Positions 24,120 through 38,541 of a DNA stretch of 64,000 nt are shown piece after piece. Below the pieces are notes generated by a model. It ran no database searches. It was not told where the DNA came from and saw only the letters and a program-made list of their open reading frames with translations. The stretch lies in the NCBI GenBank assembly GCA_051362555.1, contig CM120645.1, forward strand, positions 15,190,001 to 15,254,000. Direction: 5' to 3'. The first letter of the stretch is position 1. Each line of letters starts with the position of its first letter. This DNA comes from Lingula anatina. Taxonomy: Eukaryota; Animalia; Brachiopoda. Made by a program: the position numbers and the translations under genes.

Positions 24120-27100
24120 CTAAACATCACAATGTAACTGTGAATTCAACCTATCCATTGCAATACGGACTCCGTTTACTTCTTCCTCCAGTGTGTTCTG
24201 GTCAGTACTGGACGACGATTCCGGCGTGATAATGATACCAGAGTTAAGGTCAGAGTCTGATTTTGATGAGGATTCACTGCTTTTACTTGCTTTTCTAAAT
24301 TCAGAATCACATGTACTTCTAAAGAGAAGCTTTGGGAAAGAAAATCGGTGTTTGGGTTTGTCTGCTGGTTTCACAGGAGCCGTCACAGCTTGGCTGTTCT
24401 TAATGTTCATCTTTGTATTGGTCTTATTTTGCTGAGTCACTTCTTGTGTTGGGCTAGGACTATTGTTAAGAACTGAGTAGCCATATTGGCTCTGAGACCC
24501 TAGTAACACTCTGCTCTGAGCATCTATAGATTTATCATGTGGATACTCGGGACTGCTCTGCTTGTTGTCATTATTCCGTTTGCTTTTAGATGGACTCGAG
24601 TTATTTTTTCTTTTCATTAGGCTACTCGTTTTAAATTTGGAAGTCTCACTAGTCGGTGATTGTTTCACAGCTTTGTTCTGTGAAAGTTTTGATTGTGACA
24701 GTTGTGATTGCGGTAGTTGGGATTGTGTTTGTTGAGACAGTGCTGGAGGAGACTGCCTGGCCCTTGCCTCTGTATTGCTGCCTGTGGTATTTGTTGCCTG
24801 AGTATCCAAATCTGTTTCAGCCGGTAATACAGCACCAGTTTTTCCATTGTTTGACCTTTCTGATCCTGGTTTAAGGTCGCCATTTTGGTCCGAGTCCCAA
24901 ATCTTCTGCATCGAGCCATTATCTACAGTCGAGGCATCCTTGAATAAAAAAAGTCAGAATTTGTATGTGACAGTTACTTGTCTGGAATAAAATGGGAATG
25001 AACCCAGTATTGATAATATCTTTAAATAATCTGATCTCTCATTTAATCTCTTTTTGACTGCTTTCAAGTCTTATGCCTTCTTCTATATAGATTGCTTCAG
25101 TTTCAATACAAGCTTTGCAAACACACGATGATCAAACAATGTTAAAAACACCTAAAAATGCATCAATAAAACAAGTTTATTTTCATTTGGAATAGCAGAA
25201 ACTTCTTCTTTACTTCTGAGACAAAAAGGCTGTAAACAAATTTAAGCAGCACCAATATTTTGCACATTTCAAGTCTCCTTCAATGTCAGATGGCTGCAAA
25301 CCAATTTATCTGAATACAAATGTAACTTAGCAATATCTGTTTAAATTCACAGCACGCTGGTGACCTTCTTTCCTAAACCTTACCATTGTGGTTTTGTACT
25401 TCAAAGAAAATCATACCTTTGGTTCCAGTGGAGATTCATTTGCAGGAGGCTCTTTTGGCATTGAGCTATCTTCACCCTGGAGACAGCTTATGGCACTGGG
25501 GTGATGTGTGTGGGTGGAGGACGGACAGGCATGAGAACTCCCGCCCTCCTTTGCTTTGGCAACAATACCACTCTGGGGCTCACTGTCGAGCTGGCGAATT
25601 ATAACAGGTTCTGCTGTTAACTCAGAGTCATCAATGGTTGACTTGAACACAGGCCCAGTAGGGTTTTCTCTGGCTGGGCTGTTGAGATAGGAAGTACTGG
25701 GTGTGAGGGGAGATGGCGAGTCCCCCACTTGTTGATGGATGTCCACCCCTGCATAGCGATTTAAAGGAAGCATTTCTTCCGGAACCAATGGGCCAGCATC
25801 GTGAATGATGTTGATGTCTTCCTCCCTGCCTCCACTTCCTCCAGTTACCATGTGTTCTTCCGCCATTGATCCCAGAGAGCTGCTGAGGTCGTCGTCGTTG
25901 CCGTCGTCCCAATGGAGGTTCGACACCTCCTGTTGATCCACTGAACTACATTCTACTAAATTCCGACAGGGTGAGAAATACAATATGCCGCACGACTGGC
26001 CGCAATTGTCAGCAGAGTGGTCATTGTTCGGCTTATGGTGGTAGCGGAAAGGCTGAGTGGCAACGTAAGACATGGTCGCACACAGACACAGTTCTAGTAT
26101 CCTGAATGAAAATTTAAAGGCCCACCACGGCCAGGGTTCAGGAGTCTGGGTGGAGAACACCCCATACACTCCAACCAAAGCATACACTTTCAACATTGCA
26201 CTTAAACATCCAAGTATAGCTGCCACTAGGACAAGTTTCACAGCCAGGCTTAATGTGAACTGATATGATTTATGGAATGGGCGTACTCGGCCGTATGTGT
26301 GAACAATATGCCTTGATGCTAGCTTCTCCATCCCTCGTTGGCGTTTCAGTGCCGCTGTGTAAAGTCTTCGAAAAATATATAAATATCCAATGAATATCAG
26401 GAATCCCCATAATATAAATGCCAGCTGGCAGAGAAAAAGCATCAGTTTCGCACTGACGAAATAGCCCACTATGATGTCTGTGAGTATAGAAAATCCAAAA
26501 TGGCTGCCAATAATAACAGCCAAATATTTTGCCTTTTGGATTTTGGGAGACAGCAGCTGCATTCTGGTGGTTCGAAGCAAGGCAAGAAATAAGATGCTGA
26601 ATGCGGATGTAATACATGGAAAAGTCAGCGTGTATAAAAAATATGAGACAAATCGTGGGAATGTGTTGTTAGCATTATAACCATCCACTAGAAGATATAT
26701 AGTCCTTGTGGATGCCATGAGTAACATTAACCCTGTCAGGGAAAGAAAATATCCTCTGCTAAGCAGATTCCTCTTTCTATATAACCTCACTATGCTGACA
26801 AGTAAAAACACAGCCAGGAGTAAGAATAAAGAACCAATTCCATACAAGTGAATTGGCCACGCCGCCCCCCACAATTCCCTGGCTTCCTCCCACTCGGGTT
26901 CAGGCTCAGCATAGGCAGACCCAGGTTCAGGTTCCGGCTCTGGCGCCAGGGAGGTATTGTCTGAACTGAACCCTGTCATTGTACTTAAGTTCGTGTGAAC
27001 TGTTACTCTGCTCGACACAACTGCACTGGTATAACTTGTTACAGATGCCGTCATTGTCAAAAGCTCCACAGCTGCTGTTACTGTAACTGCAGCAGTTGTT

Positions 27101-27144
27101 GTAGTTGTTGCATTTGTTAATGTAGTTACATTTGTAGCTGGCAT
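24120..27144 (-). CDS. Proline-rich transmembrane protein 3/4-like (7-TM) protein, ~848 aa
   Basis: Exons 27144-25417 (first in-frame ATG; the listed ORF start at 27204 is GTG after a TGA) and 24938-24120 join at phase 0. Thr-rich glycosylated N-terminus, EPEPE repeats, WGAAWPIHLYGIGSLF motif, seven hydrophobic segments ending PWPWWAFKFSFRILEL, and a long Ser-rich tail. Candidate UTR exons 28237-27674 and ~40640-40336. Confidence 0.85.
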
Positions 27145-28912
27145 AAAATCATGAGTGGTTGAATAGTGTGCAGGACACAGATCCTCTTTGTGTAAACTGA
27201 GCACTCATTTCCAAGTTGAACATAGTGTTCTCTCTTGTCAGGGTCAATGTGACATTTTTTGCCTCCGAATTCTAGATTACATTTGTTAAAAAAAAAAAAT
27301 GGATTTTTTTCTGCGCACTTTCATTTAACAAATTCGAAATCTTTACCATTGGTGACAGTTAGTCTTGTATTAAAAGGAACAAACCAAGTAGACTTTCTTT
27401 CTTGGAAAATGTCATTCACCAATGAAGCCTTCACATCCTGTTTCTGAATACAAATAAAAAAAAACAGGGCAGCAACAATCACAGTTCAATTCAGTATTCC
27501 TATTCACTTGCTGATAACTCTGTGTTTAAAATAATGGCTGTTCCTATCACAATGCCAGTACAGCAAATGCTGCACCCTGATTTAGATGTCTTGTAATGGG
27601 AATTAAATACAGACAGGGCTACTGCTGTTTAGTTTCACCTTTGATAAATTTCATTTTTTTTTTACTTATTCACCTGCAAACAAATTGCTGTAAAGCAAAG
27701 ACTGCCACTGTATAGACGGCACTGGTACAGATGTCGTATCCTCATTGAACAGCAATTTTCACCATCAAGCAGAACAAAAACACGATGGATTGCACACTCA
27801 TTCACATATTCATTTGGAATCTTCCTCCTGTTGCTCATAAAAAAAATGAAAAGTAAATCATGGGTTGCTGCTGCAACGTTGTAGGCTTGGGTGCTAAGGC
27901 GCCCTTGGGTAACAATTATGTTGCTGTGTTATAAGGAATACATGAGAGTTACTGCTGCACATCATAGACTACGCATCAACAATGCCGATCTTCATATACT
28001 GCTGTTATGTCTTTTTCTTGTTCTTGTGGCTTTGGAGAGAAAAACCCATGTGCACTCGTTGTGAAAAGGAAACTGCTTGCTGCATGTAGATGAAGATGAT
28101 AATTTTGTCATTGGTTTCTTCTTCACCCTGTATCATCACTTCCTGTTGCAGCTACATATTAAATGATCTTCTGTATTTGCATCCTCTTTTCCTGGAGACT
28201 TAGGTGACTGCCTACGATGAAAATGGTCTCTGAGCGTCTGGAAGGAGATGTAAAACTATTACCAAACTATCATCTTAACTCGCCTTAAAATTAATTCATA
28301 ATACTGTTGACCAATACTTGTAGAAATGCTTAATTACCTTTTGTTAGTCACAGTAAAACTTTCTTAATTTTTTCAAGTAATTAATTAATTAATCACATTT
28401 CAAAACATCAAATTGATTGATATGTATTATTTACTTAAACCTGGAATCAGAAGTACTTATTACAATAAACATGAAAATTAAACAAGCATAAGGTGTGTGA
28501 TGGAAGCCTATTTACAAAAAGGCAGAAAATTTAATCTATTACTAAATGACCTGCTTAGCTGTGTCACAATACTTTCAGAGAACATAAAAAACAATATTAA
28601 TACTTTCAGAGAACATAAAAAACAAAGCATTATCATATCTAGAACAATAAGTTCGTATCAAATAAAATCTAATTTTAATGACAGCAATTACAAATAGTTA
28701 TATAAATTGAGTAAAACAACTGCATGTTAAAAACCATTTGTGATTGTGACTATCTTAAGTTTAAACATGCAATGTCAGCAATACTGAATTGCTGAAAGCA
28801 AGCTGATGTTGTTCATGAACTTGTTTATGGTATAAGTTTTGACATGAAATATATTTTTTTCTTTACTGCACGACACATTTTTAGAGAGCTTCTGCAGAAT
28901 ATTTCTGAAACT

Positions 28913-29543
28913 ACTAGAAAAGGAATCCGAGAATGCAGACCTCTGCCAAGATGGCTCAATTCTCATTAATCAATTAATTAATTAATGGATCACTTCCAAA
29001 ATCTAATGTTCTTATAAAATGTTTGCATAACCAAATGTATGCCATAGTGATATTTTCAACTACTCTAGATATATAAGTGTAAAAACAAACAAGCATTCAG
29101 GAATGGTCAGCTCACGACTCCTATCCTCCAATACAGTAGCAGCTAATAACATAAACTCTGTAATTTCTGGCATATCCGAGCTATTTCGAACAATAAAAGT
29201 TGGAACATTTCTTACCTATCCTGAACATTTTACTGAAATCCATGCATAACTTTTTTGTATAATGTTGCTCAACAGACAAACAGATTGGCTGACAACAAAT
29301 GGAACTTAATGATCTAGACTGTTATCTCAAACACCACAAAAACCTACTAGTACTCATTTTTTACTTGGTCCACACCTGACGGTTTCCGAAAATTTCATCA
29401 AATTCTGTCCATAACTTCTGAACTTATGTTGCTGACAGATGAACAGACAAGCATACATACAAGCAGAACCACAGACAGCCTCCCTAGCCTATATAATGTG
29501 GAGGTAGAAAACTCCATTTGCCTATATAATGGTGGAGGTAGAA
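28913..29543 (-). mobile_element. Helentron-associated non-autonomous element (HINE), degraded
   Basis: Minus-strand 3' end CTTGGCAGAGGTCTGCATTCTCGGATTCCTTTTCTAGT matches the end of the copy at 38301-38540. Contains GTCT-type microsatellite remnants and repeated core segments. Confidence 0.7.
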
Positions 29544-29677
29544 ATCTACATGTCTTCTGCGCAGTTGTTGGGGATTCAAACTGTTTTAGATTTGACCATG
29601 TATTTGATGCACAAGTTTATTAATATAAATCATATTTTTAAAAATATCCACAACAATAAATTCAAGCTAAGAGAGGC

Positions 29678-29709
<32 letters not shown>

Positions 29710-32700
29710 ACGACCTTTTTTTTGCTCCTGACATTAATATCTCACGTTTTCTCTCATTTCATGGCTGTATCATTAATGCTACAAGGCCTTTAAGTTATTA
29801 ACGGCTCAACTCTCCAAGCTGTAAGGAAAGCTGCAGGGGAATCATGTTATACTTAATTGTAAGTGTGAATAAAACAGCCAGGGGGACTTGATCGGAGCCC
29901 TAGGTGGCAGCTCTCATGAGCTCCTCGAATTCACTAGAAATTCTAGCAAGGATTCCGGGATTCTAGACAAATACATCACATAATCTGGGTAAACTATCAA
30001 TGCAGGTATGCTATGACTGAATCTAGTAAGATGTTTGCCAAAAGGTCATTGACATTGACTCAAACTATGAGTAAACTATTCTTTCAATTTCGAATGACCT
30101 TCTAAAGAGAGAGGTAAAATTACTAGGTTTGTTTACTACGTTAAATTCCAACTTCAATTTTGCCAACAAGGCAAATGATTTTCCGATCCAATTTAATGCC
30201 AGTATGATAAAACTGGATCTTAAACGCTATCATTTTCAATTTATTCATAAGCTGATGCATGCATATGCAAAACAAGTACAATAGCAAAAGAAAAAAAAAA
30301 GAATAAAATAAAATACATGAATAAATAATAATAATCTATGCATAGGAGGCAGTCTGCATGTATTGACATGAATGCTACTCTTATATTGGAACAAATGCTC
30401 AATCTTACTCTCCACTTTCTCAAAAAAGCCTAATCTGAAGATCCAATTTTTAATCCAAGGTTATTAAAACCATCACAAATATGGAGTCTTGTTACATATC
30501 ATCTAATCACAAGTGTGCATATATTCTAGTCCCATTCCTAATCTTCAATAGTTCTGGTGTGAATGTGGCTGAAAAGACACATTTACTTCTTCTCATTAAC
30601 TCCAGCAAAAATATAATTGAAGGAAAAACAAAAAAATTGTGTTTTAAATTTGGACGGTGGCAGACACTTTTACTGAAAGGTCCCTAGTAAAATAATAGTG
30701 TTAGTTATTATATAGCATTAGATAATGTTGAATTAATTAAAATTACGTAATGTTGTAGCATCAATAACAAATATTCAAACAAATAGTGACATGTTTCTCA
30801 GCACCCATTTTGTACACATGCCTTGATATATCTTGATATCCCTAAACACAGGTGAAAACTAAGTCAACACCAGATGTAGACTTAGGCCCATTTCTTTGTA
30901 CCCTATTTGTACATGTGTCTTGACATCTCTACTAGTTAGTAATTATACAGGTGAAAACAGTGTCAGTGTAAAAGATAGTGTGTGTCACCTTTTACAATAT
31001 GGTCTGGTGCCTTACCCTGCTGTCCCAGATGTAATACAAGCTTTTCTTCACCCAAACTAAATGTCACCTACAGGTCTGTTCACACAAAACTAAAAGAATT
31101 CGCAACTGATATTGTCTAAACTGATGCAAGTAGCCTTCGTGAACACACGGCAAATTATTTTTACTCTAGCTAAATTATTCAATAATTATTTTGCAAAAGT
31201 AAACAAATATTTGCTTTGTTTTTTGTATCTTTTAAAATATGAGATGAAGTACTAGTTATAGATCTCAGATTGAAATTTTATCCAAAATCACATGCCTAAA
31301 AATAAATCTGGAAGAAAGTCAGTGAGATACTGGGGATGGGGTAAGGCAGATACTTAAAATAAAATTATTAGTGTGATATGAAACTGACAATCAGTACAAA
31401 GTTAACTGCAATTAAAACCCACAGAGATAGAGATTCCTTTAAGTCTCAGTCCACCCATGATTCAGACTGGAACTAGGGTGAACGCGGCCAACATGTCTTC
31501 ATGCACAGTAAGGTCAGACCACGGCGTACAGTGAATATCATCTATGTACATGTAACACATGCATGGAATAACATGGGGCTCTGTTCCCAAGCTTGACAAA
31601 AACAGATTAAAAATCCATGTGCATAAATGAACTATTTATGCTTGCTCCACAATATCTAATGTGCACAAAGATCACCTACGAAGAGATATGGAGAAGGGGG
31701 AGGGAAGTTGCACTTCCAGTGCTTGAAATTAATCTCTTAATTGACATATCTATATTTTAGTACCTGACACATTTTTATCATGCCATTGCAAACATATATA
31801 TATATGCACACATTTCTAGTATGCACACGCATCTGCTTACTGAGTTTGCACACAATAAACTAACGTGTGCATGCAATGTCTGTGCGATCCCCAACTAGTA
31901 CTGGTTTACAGACGTACAACACACACCTATAATTACTGTAGCACACTCGAATAAACTAACAGTTCTCTTCATTCCAAACAGCCTATATTATAAGCATGAA
32001 CATTGTATTTTCTTTGCAAGGGCTGCCAACAATACTTTTACATTACTTGAAATGTATCGAACCACTATACGTTTTAAACATGTATTTACAGTATAAAATA
32101 TGAGAATAAAAGAAATCAATAATAATAATAATAATAATAATAAGTACATCTGTATAAATAAAGAAGTGCATGGGAGATAAACCAGATAAAGCTGGCAAAC
32201 TTTTGAAAAAAAAAAAATGCAACTGTGCCTACAGACAAAACCTCCATACATTAATTCCAGACACATTTTCTTGATGCAGTTAACTGATACTAAAGCAAAA
32301 TATAAATCTTTAAAGATGGCGCCAAGGACGCATGCATACCAGGAAACATTCACATCATGCAAAAGAAAAAAAAAAAAAAAAAAAGAAGTTTCAACCAACA
32401 GTTTTGTGCAGCTATAGCAGTCCGCTTTCTCTTAACATAAATGTTCTTATATGCACAAAGCACTGCTAGGTTTTACCACTGCATCACTCCTGCAGAGTAT
32501 GTGTGCACACACAAAAGCACGCATGCACACACATGCTTATGTAGTATTTGTTATTGGAAGGGTATATTGGGACCCAGACCCAGGAATTTGTTTTGCATAC
32601 TTTGTCTGGTAAATTGATGTTTCCGGGGGTCTGTTGCACAAAGCAAATTAAGTTTCTGGGCTTCGTCAGGACTGCTCAACTCCGCTGCGTAAATTCCCCG

Positions 32701-33603
32701 TAAATTCCACTTGGCAATGGCGGTCAAATAATGTTTCATCAACAATGCAGATGCTCATAATGCCTGTAGTCAGCAGGTTGGTGCTGTTATGGTTTCTTTT
32801 TAACATTGAAAGTAAAAATCATTGTTAAGCAATCACAGTTTGCTCTGAAAGACCTTCCAGTTTAAACCAATCAACAAACGAACAAACGAAGAGAAAAAGA
32901 GATTAAGATAAATACGGTGCTGATTTTTTATTATGAAATGCAACTAAGTTTCCTACGATCCATACCAGTCTAAGCTTCGCCTGATTTTTGATGTAATTTG
33001 TTAGTTGTGTATACATAAAGGTGCCCTAAATGCAACATTCAAGGTTGAGTCTAAAAAGAGCCCGCATCATAATTTTTTATTTTCATGGAAAGGTCAAGTT
33101 CAAAACAATAACATCACTCTCACTTTCAATTCCCATGAACAAGGTTAAATACAAAAGACACGTATATTATTATTATCAAAGATTTTTTTTTTCACATTTC
33201 TTCATTTTTATTTGCTTAATCAAAAATAACCTTTTTAATGTTGGCATAAGGCAATAATACATGCTTTTTAAAATCATATAAATATGCATAATTGTGGGCA
33301 AATAAAAAATTCATTATATACTTTTCTTTTTATTTTCCCTTGGCTTCGTTTAAAGTGAACAAAAAAGTTTCCATCTGCGCCCTAGTACTTTTACCTGATG
33401 TTACTCTACTAGACTGTCTTTGTCTTTCAACACAGTATATTCATATTACGTTTATGTATAATCTCCCAGAAATAACCACTCAGTAAAAGCAGCTTGCATG
33501 CTTGGAGCCTGCAGAGAAAATTAACCAAAGATAAAGGCCAAGAGATACTGGTACATAAAAGCTCATGGAAAAAGAAATACCAGACAACCTTCACTTTCTA
33601 ATC

Positions 33604-33706
33604 AGTTTTTTCTTTCTGAACTGAAGTATCATGCACCCTTATAAAAGTACATTACTAATGTCCTTTTATAAGGGTGCATGACACTTCAGTTTAGAAAGAT
33701 AAAACT
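33604..33706. repeat. 103-bp near-perfect palindrome
   Basis: Arms AGTTTTTTCTTTCTGAACTGAAGTATCATGCACCCTTATAAAAGTACATTA and its reverse complement around a single C at 33655, with about four mismatches. Confidence 0.9.
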
Positions 33707-34610
33707 TTAATCGCAGCACGTATTTTTGGCTCCAAATTATCCAAAAAGAAGCACATGCATAAGAAAAAATACTCCAATAAAGTTTTATGACCAAAATCTA
33801 TCATCTTTATCATTTGGCAAATATGTCTGGCCAATGAGTAGTCTTTGCTGAAATCATGGTGTTGAAAGTCAATATCTGATCAAAAATGTTCCATGATTTA
33901 CTGCTGAAAAATAGATGCTTCATATTCCCTTTATAAGTGAGGCTGAAAAGTGAGGGTGAGGGAACATTTGGCATACAATCATTACTGTTTTTTTTTTTTC
34001 TAATTTACAACAAATGAACCCCAAATAACAAAGACTCTTCTTCAGCCCTGTCACATTTTTTTTTAGTGGCTAATATTGCTTGGATGACATGGTGAGCACA
34101 GACCATATTCACTACTACTACTCCTACTGTAACAGTTGTTAACATTAACACCATGGACTTGGAGATTGTAAACCAGACAACCATCAAGGTAATCACAGGG
34201 ATCTAAAATTTCCAGATATTACTCAAAAAATTTGAACAATATGAATTATTACTGAGTACACCAGCCCCAAAAATGTTTAAAAACTACTTTGGAAAGTAAC
34301 ATTTTGCTTAAAAGATGTATATTGAAAATATTTCAAAAGTGAGTTGACTTTCTGTCAGAAAGAACATGTTTGTCTAATAAAAAAAATTCTAATTAATGTA
34401 CATACATGATTAAGGTCATGATGAAGCCCTTTTAACATTGTGCAATACATTTTTCTGTTTTCCTACCATTTCAAGAAATTGTTTTAACAACTCAGCATCA
34501 TGGCTATTACATCAGTTATCTTACTTAACAGAGCCATCACATATGATGAATTTTGATTGCTCTATACCCCAAGCTGTTGTGAAAGTATGTACTCCCCCCC
34601 CAAGTGTGAT

Positions 34611-34616
<6 letters not shown>

Positions 34617-34668
<52 letters not shown>
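34617..34668. repeat. (AAT)n microsatellite
   Basis: Directly visible. Confidence 0.95.
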
Positions 34669-34669
<1 letters not shown>

Positions 34670-35694
34670 TTTCATAATATTTAATAGTGTTTCACATTTT
34701 CCATAACAGGACCAGTCAAAATGGATCAAAACAGAAGTGTTCTACATGATGTGAAAAGGACCTTCACATTTTACCCCCCTTACTCCTGCACCCTTCACTT
34801 ACATGAATGAAGCTTTAGGAAGACCATATACTAAAACATCACCTAATATATAGCAATAATATAGATGGTGAAGCCAGACTGGTAAAAATACAGAGTTTAC
34901 CAATGAAACAATGAAATTGAGCTTAATTAAAATTTATCTCAACAAAAAAAAGCAATGCTTACTTAGTATGCACATTTTCTCAAACTGAACAGAAAAAAAA
35001 AACATAGGAAGGCCTTCAAAAATTATGAACTTTAACTGATATTCAAATTGAGTGCTTCAAATCAGTGATCATAATTAGCTGGTTAGGCTTGTCTGGCTAT
35101 AGTTTGAGATCTGGATCTTACAAAGCCAACGAGATTTTTCCTAAAATTTGCTTCCAGACAGTAAATTGGGTGATATAAATATCAAGTTTGGATGTCAGAA
35201 ATACTGTCAAATTTGACGGCTGGCTCCCACACTGCTGGCAGAAATAAATATTCTACCTTTGAAATAAGTCAAATGTTAATGGGGCCCTAAGTGTTCCACC
35301 AGAAGTGCTGCCACTTCTAGTAGAGGTGGTCTCATCTTCATTGATTTTCACCTGAAAATTTGAGAGCCCTGGAAATCCAGGGCCCACCTAAAAACAATAC
35401 AATATATTCCGATTTCCAGGAAAAAGCCCGGCGCTGGTGCCTGGATTTAAGCCCCCAGAGGCATCTCTTGGGAGAAGCTGTAGAAATGACAAGCATCAAT
35501 TATGATGGAAGTAAAGATTTGCCCTTAATTTCTGCCCTCCAAATAAAAGCCAACTCTTTATATTCTCAATTCTATCTCATAATAAATTCATATTAATTTT
35601 ATATTTTTTGTAAGTTTTCTCCTTTTTTAAACAAATAAGCACAAAAAAAATACAGTCTTAAATCAATCTCCCTATTAAATATGTAATATGTAAC

Positions 35695-36054
35695 CAGACA
35701 TGCTGAAACTGTCGGTCTGATCAGTCATGACCGGCAAAATTTGTCTGAACCAGTAAGAAATTGGACTTGGTCGGTCCAAAGGACCGACAAGAGTTTATGA
35801 GCCACAATTTTGAATTCACAGCCATAATTCGACATACTTCACTAATAAAATTATATAAGACCCAAAGCGTTTTCCCTCTCATTTCAAACATATCACACTC
35901 ACAAACAAAGTAAGCTACCCTAATATTACTGGTAGTTTCTGTCTCAAACGAATAGGGTGATTTTTGGTCCGACAAAAATCCATTTGGTCCGGTAAATTTT
36001 TCATTACTGCCGGTCCAAATGTCCGACCATTCTGAATAGTTTTCAGCATGTCTG
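35695..36054. mobile_element. MITE with CAGACATGCTGAAA TIRs and a 6-bp TSD (TGTAAC)
   Basis: TGTAAC|CAGACATGCTGAAA...TTTCAGCATGTCTG|TGTAAC with subterminal GGTCC/GGACC repeats. Confidence 0.85.
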
Positions 36055-38300
36055 TGTAACCCACAAAAAAGGGAAAAAAAGCTGTGTAATTGTTGAAAAT
36101 TATATCAGGTATATGGTGGTGTTCATTTTGCATTGCAGACAGAAATTGGCCCTCTAAAGTTGTATTTCACATGAAACTATAACACATACATCTTTCAAAT
36201 TTGACACAAATATTACTTTAAGACTGTTTTATTACGGATGAAAAATTTGTCCAGTGTGCCAAACCTATACATTAACAATAAAAACAAGGTATTTTATAGC
36301 ACATTTCACCATTCATTCAATGAAGAATTAAACTTTTTACTTGGTTAATGAGTAGTATGTGTTGTCTTTAATGTTAGGCCAAATATATATATATATGAGG
36401 TTTATTATATATCTTTGTACCAGATGGCCATTTCTGTGGTTTATTTCAGATCTGTTCATATACAGTGCATTACTAATAAAAGTGTCAGTCTGCCATTTTC
36501 CTTCCTTTTAAACCTCCTCGGTATTGTTCACTGCCAGCCTGGCCTCTTGTCAGCTTAGACTAATTGCAATCAATAATTATCTTAACTGATCATCTCTCCG
36601 GTATATATCACAGGTAAATGACAGGTTGCTGATCAAAAGCACAATCTCGTTTCATCTTCGACAAATTGCAAGCAAAATATCTGAAAACACCTAGGAGAAG
36701 CCATGATCATAAATGATCTAAGAGTCACTATTCAAATGCCACTAATTGACAAGCAAGAATGGATGTTGTTAACACAACTTGCCAGGTGAGATATAGATAG
36801 CGCTTTTTGATATTAATTGATGCATTTATTGAATAATCAATCTTTAATTTTTTTTCTATCTTCATTAATAAAACAAAATCTGTACCTTGTTCAGTTCTGT
36901 ATCTGAATCAGTTGATTTTTCATGCTACATGTAATATCTCTGTACACCTGTTTAATTCAGGTAGATATACTAATTTTCCATCCAGAGTAATTTTTAATTT
37001 TTAATTAAGGATTTAATCTATCATCTAATATGTTTTAAAATAATTTTGTTTGGTCTTTGTTAAATGTAGGACTAGAATAAGGAGATAATATGTAGTTTAA
37101 AAAAACCTAGAATTTAGACTCCAAATCATCATGAAGTTATGAACAAAAATTATGAACTTTGACTAATGATGATTGGTTTAGACTTATTTCTTAAAATTTT
37201 ATGGTTTACTTAGAGAGTATCATACCATTAAATACCCCATAGAATTATTATTTTTTAAATAATATTCATGACTTCTTGTACAGTGTATAACGTTGTACTC
37301 ATTTCACTAGACTTTATGTTGACCACTATATGCAGTATACTATTCAAAATTGAAAAAAAATTGCAATGCTTATCTATTATATAAACTTACTTCAAATTCA
37401 ATTTAAAAATAATAAAAACAATTAACTTTAAACTACTAAAACATAAAAAGTAAGTAAAAAGATATTTATCAGTGGAGTAGCAACAGCAATTTTTTTTTTT
37501 TGCTTAACCACTTCTTTTCTAATCACTTCTTTTTCATAATTTTTTCTACAAATGTATTTGACTACAGCCAGTCAAATCAATTCTATTTTATGAAATGTTA
37601 ACTTAGCAAATAATTTCTGAAATCTATCAAGTTTTTAGCGTTAAGTAGAGTAGTCAATTAAAATTAAATTTTCATATGGAGTAAGTACCACAGAGGACTA
37701 CGGGGATGATACATATCATCATCAGTGTCTTAAATTTTCCTTTTTTATTTATAATAACCTGTGCTGATGTATAAGTATACGTCATTCTTCTTCAGAAATA
37801 AAATTATTACCTCCCCACTCAGAATGTGCAATTTGACACGATGTGAAAATGTAAGGAATGCCTGTAAACATTCACTTGGCTTTACCCAAGAGAAAAAATG
37901 TGACTACCACAATAGTACATTTAGAGAAAGTACATTTCGAGTTATGAGTTACTCGTGTGCTTGGGACTTCATTGCTGAGAATCTGTGGAAAAATCAACAA
38001 TTTTTTTTCTCACTCTTACTTCAGGTCCCTTAAAATCAACATATCACACATAAAATTTACTAGCAAGTTCTTCAGCATTGGGATTATTACAGGTTATTTA
38101 TGGCAATTATCTGCGGAAAAATACCCATTTACATTTATAAGTGCACTGAAAAGTACAGGGTTAGAAACATAATGGCTTTTAAAATGTGCAAAAGTATTTT
38201 CTTTTTTAAATCAACAATTTAACAACAGAATTAAGTTTAACAAAGAAAAAACTGGAAGAGAGAGAGCCTTAATATTTAAACAAACTACCATGGATTGATT

Positions 38301-38333
38301 TTTACATCCGCCAAGGGGGTTATGTTTTCACCC

Positions 38334-38370
<37 letters not shown>

Positions 38371-38541
38371 ATCAACATAACTCAAAAAGTTATGGACCAA
38401 TTAAAAATTTTCAGGAACTGTCAGAAGTGGGCCAAGGAACAGATGATTAGTTTTTGGTGGTGACCGGATCAATAATCAATCAATAATAATAATAAATCGC
38501 TGCCTTGGCCGAGGTCTGTGCTCTCGGAGTGCTTTCTAGTT
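38301..38541 (+). mobile_element. Helentron-associated non-autonomous element (HINE)
   Basis: 5' TTTACATCCGCCAAGG subterminal repeat, (GTCT)n microsatellite, 3' inverted copy CCTTGGCCGAGGT, a short stem-loop and a CTAGTT end: the usual DINE-1/HINE layout. Confidence 0.85.

Noticed and set aside
24120-24911. 263-aa ORF as a stand-alone gene
   Set aside because: It is in frame with an acceptor at 24939-24940 and joins the 7-TM exon at phase 0.
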